Assembly (NCBI GenBank): GCA_002269645.1
Contig: NIVC01000814.1
Location: 124,001-188,000, forward strand
Source of the DNA: Macrostomum lignano
Taxonomy: Eukaryota
Length of the DNA: 64,000 bases
Direction: 5' to 3'
The notes beneath the pieces were generated by a model. That model was not told where the DNA came from, did not search any database, and saw only the letters and a list, made by a program, of their open reading frames with translations. Made by a program: the position numbers and the translations under genes. Positions 15,701 to 27,700 of the stretch are shown piece by piece. The stretch's first letter is position 1; the number at the start of each line of letters is the position of its first letter.

Positions 15701-18700
15701 TCCCGAACTCAGCGTTGCAAGATCTTTCCAGCAATATAAGTGTCTCCTCTCAAAGTTTAAAACTCGAGGAACAGTTAGCGTTTGAAATTTACCAATTTCC
15801 CGACTGCTTGCTAGAGAAGCTCGCAAGTTTATTCATTGAATTTCACTGCCAAACTAATACACAGGGCTGCCAATAATAAAACCAAATGAATCTCGACACA
15901 GTCTATCTATTTACACTGTACAACTGCTATGTACACTCAGCCCAAGCCCAACCCCCCAGTCTGGGGGAATCATTAAATTGAACTCAACCCCCCAACACGC
16001 GGGGGGTTTTATTTGCATTGAACCCAGAACACGCGCACCCACCACCCCTCAATACACAGCGGCCCGCGGGCGGAGGTTGGGGTGGCTATTTTTACAAACT
16101 GGCTGAAGCCCAGGCAGAGTGGCCAAAGAAGGTTAAAAAAGCAGTTTTCTGCTTTTTTAGGGATGTTAAAATTGGAAAATTAAAAATTAAAATAGCCTAA
16201 AGCCTGCTCCGGAAAATTTGCAGTTTTCCCATATAAGTTTCGACGCTGACTTGGCAGAATTGTAGGAGTTCACTTAATGCATACAGACAGACAGACAAAC
16301 ATCGCGTCAGTTTTAGTATTAGGGGAAGTGGAACTCCTCCTCTGGAGGAGAAAGGGGAAGAACTCCCATCACCGGAATTCTGAAGGGGAAGAACTCCTAT
16401 CAGCTGCAATTCCATGAATTGAATCCCATCTTCCAAATCATCTCCAAATCCTCTACAATCTATCAACTCCCATCTCTCATCTCTTGCGCCCTGCGCTCTG
16501 ATTTTTATTTTTACTCTCTTCTTTCTCCTCACTAATTACTCCTCTCTACACTTTCATCTCTCTCATCTCTGATCTTTCATCTCTCCTCTCCCTCCTCTCT
16601 CCCTTCTCTCGCTTCTCTCTCTCCTCTATTACTACTCTTCTCGCTTATCTCTTCTCTCTCTTTTCTCATCTCTACTCCCTTATTTATCTCTTCTCCCTCG
16701 TCTTTCGTTTGTACCCTCTCCCGTCTCTTGTCTCCTCTCTTCTCTCATATCTCTCCTCTTCACTTCTGTCTCCTGTCTCCTCTCTTCTCTCTTATCTCTC
16801 CCTCTTCTCTCCTCTCTCATATGTCATCTCTCCTTACTTATCTATCGTCTCTCTTAACCCTCTCTTTCTTCTCTTTTCTCTCCTATCTGCTTCTCATTTC
16901 TCATATCTCATATACGCTCTCACACTCTACTTTCTTGTCTCCCATCTTTCTTTCCTCCTTACCACTATCCCCTGTCTCTTCTCTTCTCTCTTTTCTATCC
17001 TCTCCATTCTCTCATCTCTCCTGTCCTCACTACTTTCCTTCTCTTAACTCTCTTATCTCTGATCTTTCATCTCTTTCATCTCTCCTCTCTCTCTCTTCTC
17101 CTCTCGCTTCTCTCTCTCCTCTCTCTCCTCTCATCTATACTACCTTATTTATATCTTCTCCCTGGTCTTTCGTCTCTACTCTCTCCTGTCTCATTTCTCC
17201 CCTCTTTTCTCCTCTCTTCTCTCTCCCCTCCTCTCTCATCTCTCATCCCTCATCTCACTCTTTCTTTCTCCTCTACTTCCCCTCTCTTCTATTTCCTCTG
17301 TACGCTCTTATCCCTCATCTCTATTCTCTCTCCTATCATCTCTCTTGTCTCCCTCTGCTATCTCATATCTCCCCTCTCGTCTCCTCTCTCCTCTTCTCTT
17401 TTCTCTCCTTCGTTCCCGCCTTACTCCCCTCTTCTCTCCCGTCTGTCATGTCTAATCTCTCCACTCATTTCTACTCTGTTTTCTATCATCTCATCTCTCT
17501 TCTCTTTTCATTCTTCTCTTTACTCTCTTCTCTGACTGATTGAAGATGCCAAATCCATCAAGATCCTCTCCGCGAAGCAGAAAAATCCTGTCCGTGCAAC
17601 TGAAAACCATCGAAATCCTCTCCGTGAAACTGGACTCCTTCGAAATCCTCTCCTTGAAACTTAAATCCATCAAAATGGTCTCCATAAAACAGAAATCAAT
17701 CATAAATTATCTCCGCGAAACAGAAATCCTCTCCGTGAAGCTGAACACCATCGAAATCCTCTCCGTGAAGCTGAACACCATCGAAATCCTCTCCACGAAA
17801 CTGAACATCATCGAAATCCTCTCCACAAAACAGAAATCCTCTTCGTCAAAATTAAAACATTGAAATCGTCTCCGCTAAACTGGACTCAATCGAATTTTTT
17901 CCGTCAAACAACTCAACTCTCCGGATTCATTGGTTAGGGTTAGGGTTAGGGTTAGGGTTAGAACTACGCACAGCTTCGTGTTAAAAGGCACTGATAAAAA
18001 TATTGAACTAATTGAATCAATTCATTGCGCAACCGATTTCACAGTCAGTCAGTATCAGTCTCAGTTAAAGTTAACAAAAACATTGCGCAATCTAAATCAA
18101 CCCTCCAATACACAGCAGCAGTGAGAAGTTGAACCCTCACCCAACTTTATCTATTACGTCTCGCAAAACTGAGTACAATTTTTGCAGAAAGTTAAAAGTA
18201 TGGAAATGGTTTTTTAAATGCGGTGCTTTTTTTCATATTTAAAGCAAACAACTTATATCCCCGAACTCAGCGTTGCAAGATCTTTCCAGCAATATAAGTG
18301 TCTCCTCTCAAAGTTTAAAACTCGAGGAACAGTTAGCGTTTGAAATTTACCGATTTCCCGACTGCTTGCTAGAGAAGCTCGCAAGTTTATTCATTGAATT
18401 TCACTGCCAAGCTAATACACACGGCTGCCTATGGAGAAAAAAGGCGCCAATAATAAAACCAAATGAATCTCGACACAGTCTTATCTGTTTACACTGTACA
18501 ACTGCTATGTACACTCAGCCCAAGCCCAACCCCCCGTTCTGGGGGAATCATTAAATTCAACCCAACCCCCCAACACGCGGGGGGTTTTATTTGCATTGAA
18601 CGCAGAACACGCGCACCCACCACCACTCAATACACAGCGGCCCGCGGGCGGAGGTTGGGGTGGCTATTTTTACAAACAGACTGCAACCCCTCCACTGGAG

Positions 18701-21700
18701 AGGCAGAGTGACCACAGAAGGGCCAAAGAAGGTTAAGAAATTACTTTTCTGCTTTTTTAGGGATCTTAAAATGTAAAAATGAAAGATTAAAATTGCTATA
18801 AACCCAATCCGGAAAATTTGCAGTTTACCCATATAAGTTTCAACGCTGACTTGTCAGTAGTCTAGGAGAAAAATTGCAACACACATACAGACAAACAAAC
18901 AACGCACCACTTTTAGTATTAACGAGGCCAACTCCTCCTCTGGAGGAGAAAGGGGAAGAATTCCCATCACCGGAACTCCATTCCCTGAATCCCATCATCC
19001 AACTCCTCTCCGCGAAACTGAACATCATCGAAATCTTCTCCGTAAAAGAAAACTCCATCAAACACCTCTCCGTGAAACTGACATTCATCAAAATCCCCTC
19101 CGAGAAATAGAAATCCTCTCCGTGAAACTGGACTCCATGGAAATCCTCTCCGTGAAACTGACATTCATCAAAATCCCCTCCGAGAAACAGAAATCCTCTC
19201 CGTGAAACTGGACTCCATGGAAATCCTCTCCGTGAAACTGACATCCATCAAAATCGTCTTCGCGAAACAGAAATTCTCTCCATTAAACTGGACTGAATCG
19301 AAATTTTCTCCGTAAAAAAGAATCAACTCTCAGGATTTAGTGGTTAGGGTTAGGGTTAGGGTTAGGGTTAGAGCTACAACGCAGCAGCGTGTTGAACCAA
19401 TTGAATTAATTGAATGCGCAACCGATTTCACAGTCAGTCAGTATCAGTCTCGGTAAAAGTTAACAAAAAGATTGCGCAAACTAAATCAACCCTCCAATAC
19501 ACAGCGACTGACCCCCTTCCAATACGCAGTGGCAATTAAAAGTTGAACCCCCCCCCTCCCACCAACTGTTGGGGGGTTGGTTGAACCCCCATTGAACTCC
19601 AAAATGAGTACACTGCCGAAAGTTAAAAGTATGGAAATCGTTTTTTAAATGCTGTGCTTTTTGTTTTCACATTTAAAGCAAACAACTTATATCCCCGAAC
19701 TCAGTATTGCAAGATCTTTCCAGTAATATAAGTCTCTCCTCTGAAAGTTTAAAACTCGAGGAACAGTTAGCGCTTGAAATTTCCTGATTTAAAGCATTAA
19801 AGTATCGAGTGTACGTTCACAGCCTGCTAAAGAGGCTCGCAAGTTTATTCATTAAATTTTACTGCCCAGCAAATACACATGGCTGCCTATTGAATGCCGC
19901 TGATAATAAAACCAATTAAATCTCGACACCGTCCTAGCTATCTCCTTACACTGTACAACTGCTATGTACACTCAGCCCAAGCCCAACCCCCTCCCATTCC
20001 GGGGAATCGTTAAATTTAATTGAACCCCCAACACGCGGGGGGGGGGTTATTTGCATTGAACGCGGAACACGCGCACCCACCACCCCTCAATACACAGCGG
20101 CCCGCGGGCGGAGGTTGGGGTGGCTATTTTTACAAACTGGCTGCAGCCCCAGGCAGAGTGGCCAAAGAAGGTTATTGAGGGTTAAAAAAACAGTTTTCTG
20201 CTTTTTTAGGGATCTTAAAATGTAAAAATGAAAGATTAAAATAGCTATAAACCCAATCCGGAAAATTTGCAGTTTTCCCATATAAGTTTCAACGCTGACT
20301 TGCCAGTAGTTTAGGAGAAAAATTGCAACACACAAACAAACATCGCACCAGTTTTAGTATTAACGAGGCCAACTCCTCCGATGGAGGAGAAAGGGGAAGA
20401 ACTCCCATCACCGGAATTCCATTCCCTGAAACCCCTTAGCTGAATCCCATGACCCGAATCCCATCATCAAAACATCTTCAAATCCATCAAACTCCTCTCC
20501 GCGAAACAGAAATCCTCTCCGTGAAACTGAAAACCATCGAAATCCTCTCCGTAAAACTGGACTCAATCGAAATTTTCTCCGTCAAAAAGAACTCAACTCT
20601 CAGGGTTCAGTGCCATCAGTGGTCTAGGGTTAGGGTTAGAGCTGCACAGAGCTGCGGGTTGAAGGCGCCGATAAGAATATTGAATTAATTGAATCAATTT
20701 ATTGCGCAACCGATTTCTCATTTAGTCAGTATCAGGCTCAGGTAAAGTTAACAAAATGATTGCGCAATCTAAATCAACCCTCCAATACACAGTGGCAGTA
20801 AGAAGTTGAACCCTTCCCATAACTTTATCTATTACGTCTCGCGAAACTAAGTGTAATCTTTGCAGAAAGTTAAAAGTTCGGAAATAGTTTTTGAATGCTG
20901 TCCTTTTTGTTTTCATATTTAAAGCAAACAACTTATACCTCCAAACTCAGTGTTGCAAGCTCTTTCCGGCAATATAAGTTTTTTCTCTTAAAGTTTAGAA
21001 CTCGAGGAGCAGTTAGCGTTTACAACTTTCCGATTTAAAGCCTTTTTTCTCTTAAAGTTTAGAACTCGAGGAGCAGTTAGCGTTTACAACTTTCCGATTT
21101 AAAGCATTGAAATATCGAGTGTACGCTCACCGCCTGTTAAAGCGACTCGCAAGTTATGCAATGAATTTAACTGTCCTACAATACACAGGCTTCATATTGA
21201 AAGGCAGAACAACTTAACAGTAGCCAAATCATTGCGCAATCATCTATACAGTGCGCCAGTGAGCTAGGGTCCAATTGTACACACGCAGCCACTTAGAACG
21301 CCCCATCCCCCAACTGGAGAGAAATGCACTGGCGAGATAGGAGAAAGTTATGGCGCAAGCAATCAAAATTGATGCATTTTATCAGCTCCGAGCAGAAAGA
21401 GGGGACAAATAAGATTATCAAAGGTCAAGATTGCAGTTTTCTGCTTTTTTAGGGATCTTAAAATGTGAAAATAAAAAATTGAAATAGCCCACTGCAGTCC
21501 CCGGAAAATTTGCAGTTTACCCATATAAGTTTCAACGCTGACTTGCAAGTATTCTAGGAGGAGTTATGCAACACACAAACAAACAGACAAACAAACAAAC
21601 AATCATCGCACCAACTTTAGTATTAGGACGAGGCCAACTCCTCCTTCGGAGAAGAAATGGGAAGAACTCCCATCACTGGAATTCCATTCCCTGAACTCCA

Positions 21701-24700
21701 TCAGCTAAACTCAACTCTCAGAATTCATTGGTTAGGGTTAGGGTTAGAGCTACACACAGCAGCGTGTTGAAAGGCGCCAATAAAATATTGAACTAATTGA
21801 ATCAATTGATTGCGCAACCGATTTCTCAGTCAGTCAGTATAAAGTTAGCAAAAAGATTGCGCAATCTATTGTAAATCAACCCTCCAATACACAGCGACCG
21901 ACCCCCTCCAATACTCAGTGGCAGTTAGAAGATGAAACCAACCCCCGGAACCCCCATGAACCCCTAAAATGAATAAAATCTTTGCCGACAGTAAAAAGTA
22001 TGAAAAACTTTTTCCATTGCTCCGCCTTCATTTTTTCTACTTTAAAGCAAACAATTTTTATACCCGAACTCAGCGTTGCAAGCTCTTTTCAGCAATATAA
22101 GTCTCTCCTCTCAAAGTTTAATACTCAAAGAAAATTTAGCGTTTGAAAGTTCCCGTTTTAAAGCATTGAAATATCGAGTGTACGTTCACTACTGCCTGCT
22201 GGCACAAATAATAAAACAAATTGATGGCGCAATTCATTTCTCCGTCAGTCAGTATCAGTCTCAGTTAAAATTATTACGCAAACTAAATCAACCCTCCAAT
22301 GCTCAGAGACTGACCCCTTGCAATACGCAGTGGCGGTTAGAAATTGAACCCACCCCCCCCCCCCCCAACTGTTAGGGGGTCGGTCGAACCCCCATTCAAT
22401 CCAAAATGAGTACACTCTTTGCAGAAAGTTAAAAGTATGAAAATCTTTTATAGAATGCAGTGCTTTCAGTTTTTTTGATTTAAAGCAAGCAACTTATATT
22501 CCCGAACTCAGCATTGAAAGATCTTTCCAGCAATATAAGTCTCTCCTCTCAAAGTAAAAAACTCGAGGAACAGTTAGCGTTTGAAATTTCCCGATTTAAA
22601 GCATTGAACCATCGAGTGTACGTTCAGTGCGTGCTAAAGATGCTCGCAAGTTTATTAAAATTGAATTCACTATCCAACAAATAAATACACAGGGCTGCCT
22701 ATTGAAAATCAGAACATATATCGTTGCGCAATTTTCTATACAGTCAGTCAGCCCGTGCGCCAAGGTAAAAGTGTACACACGCCGCCACTGAGAACGCGAC
22801 CATCCCCCCACTGGAGAGAAAATACACTACAGAGATAGGAGAAAGTTGTGGCGCAATAGCTCAAAATTCATGCAAATTTTCGGCTCCGAGCAGAAAAAGT
22901 GACCAGAGAAGGTTAGGAAATCAGTTTTCTGCTTTTTTAGGGATCTTAAAATGTGAAAATAAAAAATGGAAATAGCCCACTGCAGTCCCGGGAAAATTTG
23001 CAGTTTACCCATATAAGTTTCAACGCTGACTTGCAAGTATTCTAGGAGGAGTTATGCAACACACAAACAAACAGACAAACAAACAAACAATCATCGCACC
23101 AACTTTAGTATTAGGAGGAGAAGAGAGAGAAGATGATATTGTAGTACTATAGTAGAGAATGCAATTATCTTACGCTCGTAGCTTGCGGGGGTTTGTTAGA
23201 ATTGAATTCGTCCTGAGGAGGAAATTCCTCTCATTATCTTTTTCAAGCGCCCTCCCTCCTAAAAAACAGGGCACTTTTACAGCTTATTGGCTGGCTGGTT
23301 TGCGACGGGGTAGGGTTACAAGCTATTTTTAGCGACTTTATCTTTCTAACCCTCCAGCAAACCACAGTATTGGCTGGTTGGCTGGCTGGCTTGTGGTTGG
23401 GGTGGCCTGTTTATCAGCGACTTTCTAATCGTCCTGTTGTACTTTTATAGTATGACTATCTACCCAGCTATTGGCTGGCTGATTTTTAGTAGGGGTGGCT
23501 TTCTGTCCAGTCAATCCGTTTTTCTCAGTTTGATAATTCTACACTTTTTTATCGGTTAAATAAGTTAAGTGGCGCTTTCCCATAAAAAAGCCATAAAAGA
23601 CCCGGTCCAGCCCACCAGACCCACCAGAACTTTTCTACTCCTTCGATTCGCTGCTCGGGTTAGCGGATCACCGATTGGTTAGTTCTAATGGTCTATCCAC
23701 TTTATTGCCGTTCAGTCACAGGCACTTAAGGTGCATAGTTTATTAATAATCATTGAAGCTTAATTAGTTACCTGAGCCACGCTATTTAACAAAAATTGCT
23801 CGTTAGGCGCCAATTCAATTAGCTGATGAATCGCTTTCCAAAGCTCAATAAACTTTGGTCGCGACATAGAGGCCGGTCGAAGCGTTTCAAATTCTTGCAG
23901 ACGAATAAATCTATTCCGACTGTTAATCGACATATTCGATAGAGAAGTAACAATTCGAAAATTTGCGGTTGGTTCCACTGAAAGAGACGAGGCCGTCGTC
24001 GCCGCCGCGACAGCCCCAGCTTCATTATTAGCTTCCTCTGCCAGAGCCTCCTCGGTAGCTTCCACCGCCGGGGCAATATCGGAATCTTCTAGAAGATCAT
24101 TGTCAGCGTTGTCATTGGACACTGATCCTGATGCGGCGGTCTGCCCTCCAACATCTTGAAGTTCTTGCTGGCTAATTTGTCTTGACAACTCAGACTGGCA
24201 ACCGTCCAGGTGGAGAACGTAGAGCAGCTTGAATTTCAGCGTCACGTCACGACCGCAAATTATGCCGAGAGTCCAAGCGAATTCAAGGAAATTCACCTGG
24301 GCGCATGCAGTTAGTGAAAATTAGAGAAATGAAAAGTATAATTGTGTCGCTTAAGGTACGTAAAATAAGGAGGCTCACGAAGTGAGGTGGGTATGCGGAA
24401 TGAGTTGGGTGAGCGGAGTGAGGTGGGCGTGCGGAATGAGGTGGGTGTTCGGAGTGAGGTGGGTGTGCGGAATGAGGTGGGTGTGCGGAGTGAGGTGGGT
24501 GTGCGGAATGAGGTGGGTGTGCGGAGTGAGGTGGGTGTGCGGAATGAGGTGGGTGTGCGGAGTAAAGAGGGGTTGCGGAGTGAGGTGGGTGTGCGGAATG
24601 AGGTGGGTGTGTGGAGTGAAGTGGGGTTGCGGAGTGAGGTGGGTGTGCGGAATGAGGTGGGTGTGCTGAGGTAGGCTTGCTGATTGAGGTGGGCGTGCGG

Positions 24701-27700
24701 CGGAGTTAGGTAGCTACGTAAAAAAGCAGTTTTCTAAAAGAATGAAAAATACGTAGTTGTCTTCGTTTAAATTTCTTAAGCGCATTTAGTTTTTTTTCAT
24801 TTTTTCACTAACCTGATTGTCTCCGTCCAGATCAACGAGTTTGAATAGTCTCAAATTAAGCTGTCTAGCGCATCGACCCCAAGGTGATACGGCCAACATG
24901 AGCCGATCAAATTGCTCATAGTTTAGCCTAGTCTGGTCATAATAGGGACGTGTCGGGTCATGCCGACCGGCGTCAACGTGATCGGCTACTTGACGCGCGC
25001 GCCAGAAAGCGCTATGCACGCTCTCCTCTTTGAATAGCCAGAAGAGGCCTTCAAGACACTCGCGGCCAAGCTGACAGGCCGGCCTCAAATCCGTAGAGAT
25101 GACCGCGCGAACGCAGTTTTTCATTACGTTCTCTTCCAGGCCTTGGACAACCTACGCGGTTATAATAGACAAAAAACTCAGCTTTTTAAAGTAATTTACG
25201 CTACATATCGGCGATTGAATTACGTTGATTCAAAATTGACGCTTTTAGATTAGTGACGATTCTAAAGGTAGATAATTGGCGATTCTAAAATACCAAATAA
25301 ATACCTGCAATCGATGCCGCATCCGCAGCTGATCAATCTTCACATTAGTCACGTGACTAAGCCGATTAGTTGCCTCCGACACCAGCCTACGAACAGCATC
25401 CGGCGTGTCCAATCGTTTTAACAAGCCGTTCAAAGTCAGCATCGCGTCCGAGTCTTCTCGAGCTGCCAGAAGTTGACGCTCAGCTTTAGTCAACAATTCC
25501 AACGTGATTTGAAAGATCACCCGGGCGCCTTCGTAGAAAAAGCAGTCCAAAATGTTGACGGCGCTTGTGAATGGAATCACGCTGTTAAATTGAAAAAAAT
25601 ATAGAACAAATAGTGTTATTAACAATACTTATAGCAAAGGAAAAAATAGCGAAAACGCGATTCATACTACTTAGTAAATTTCTGGATTTTTAATGAGGGA
25701 TCTGAGAGACAATTTTTGCCAGACGATTGTGGGATGGCCGCGCTTACACGAAAAAGATTTTTTTCAAAACTTTTTCAAATCGTCTTCTGCCCTTATTTTA
25801 TCTTATCTCTTATCTCATATATTCTCTTATCGGATATTTTTTACCTAATAATTATCAATACAAGATAAATCAAAGGGGATCAAAAACACCAAAATTGAGC
25901 CGGGCGCCGCTTGCTAGAAAGGGAAAATAAAAAATAACGATTAACGCTATTTATACTACTTAGTAGTTTGACAATTATTAAAAAACTCAATTAAATAGTA
26001 GCATTTCTATTGCATTTATTTACCTAAGAAATATCGTTAGAAACCAACTCAACGAAATCATGGATACTACATTGAGCTGGCTGAGATGTTTCAACAGCTT
26101 CGGTGACGCGTCGCCAAGCAGCTGGCAAAGCACCTGCTGATCAACTAGGGCGCCAACAACGCGACAATTGTAATAGTCAGGCAGTAGGCGCTCGCAGATC
26201 GCGCACAGAAGCCAAAATGCTTCCTCTTCGTTGCAGTACAGAAGCAGAACCGAGGTCACTATGTTCATAGCCTGCAGGGATCAGGTGGGCGCGAGAGAGA
26301 GCGGTATTCGGTCAGAGGGATATCAACTCCCTCTCTCCCTGTCTATTTACTCTTATCTCTGTCACCCTACTCTCTTACTCTCACCCTACTATCTCCACCT
26401 CTCACCCTACCATCTTACCCTCTAACGCTACCGTCACCTCCTCCCACCGTACTAGCTCCCCCTCTCACCCTACTATCTCCCATCTCACCCTACTATCCTC
26501 CCATCTCAGAGACCTCACCCTACTATCTATTATCTCTCCCTCTCACCCTACCATCTCAATATCTCATCCTACTATCTCCCATCTCACTCTAGCATCTCAG
26601 TATCTCACCCTACTATCTCCCATCTCATCCTACTATCTCCCCATCTCACCCAACTGTCTCCCCATCTCACCGTACTAACCTTACTACCTCCCCATCTCAC
26701 CCTACTGTATCCCCATCTCACCCTACTGTCTCCCCATCTCACCCTACTACCTCTCCATCTCACCCTACTGTATCCCCATCTCACCCTACTGTCTCCCCAT
26801 CTCACCCTACTACCTCCCCATCTCACCCTACTGTATTCCCATCTCACCCTACTACCTCCTCATCTCACCCTACTGTATCCCCATCTCACCCTACTGTCTA
26901 CCCATCTCACCCTACTGTCTCCCCATCTCACCCTACTGTCTCCCCATCTCACCCTACTACCTCCCCATCTCACCCTACTGTCTCCCCATCTCACCCTACT
27001 ACCTCCCCATCTCACCCTACTGTCCCCCCATCTCACCCTACTACCTCCCCATCTCACCCTACTGTCTCCCCATCTCACCCTACTACCCCCCCATCTCACC
27101 CTACTGTCTCCCCATCTCACCCTACTACCTCCCCATCTCACCCTACTGTCTCCCCATCTCACCCTACTGTATCCCCATCTCACCTTACTGTCTCCCCTAT
27201 TTCACCCTACTGTCTCCCCATCTCACCCTACTATCTCCCCTATTTCACCCTACTGTCTCCCCATCTCACCCTACTGTCTCCCTATCCCACCCTACTGTCT
27301 CCCTATCCCACCCTACTACCTCCCCATCTCACCCTACTGTCTCCCCATCTCACCCTACTGTATCCTCATCTCACCTTACTGTCTCCCCTATTTCACCCTA
27401 CTGTCTCCCCATCTCACCCTACTATCTCCCCTATTTCACCCTACTGTCTCCCCATCTCACCCTACTGTCTCCCTATCCCACCCTACTGTCTCCCTATCCC
27501 ACCCTACTGTCTCCCTATCCCACCCTACTGTCTCCCTATCCCACCCTACTTCTCTCCTATTTCACCTACCTGGCAATAGCCAATATTGGGATTCCTATGC
27601 GCGTAGGCCGTTAAGACTCTGCGCAAAGCGTCAATTCCCAGCTCGGATTGAAATGCCGGATGCTCTGGCAGCGACCGATGCAAATCCCGCTCGATCTCCT

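Noticed and set aside
9633-21750. Array as Athena/Penelope or telomere-targeting (SART/TRAS-like) retroelements
   Set aside because: No RT fragment or poly-A tail is present, and TTAGGG tracts are internal to the units rather than at the junctions.
8612-23036. Recurrent short ORFs in the array ([15 protein letters not shown]..., [10 protein letters not shown]...)
   Set aside because: They recur only because the DNA is repeated. Frames are broken differently in each unit, and no Rep/helicase, RT or transposase motifs are present.
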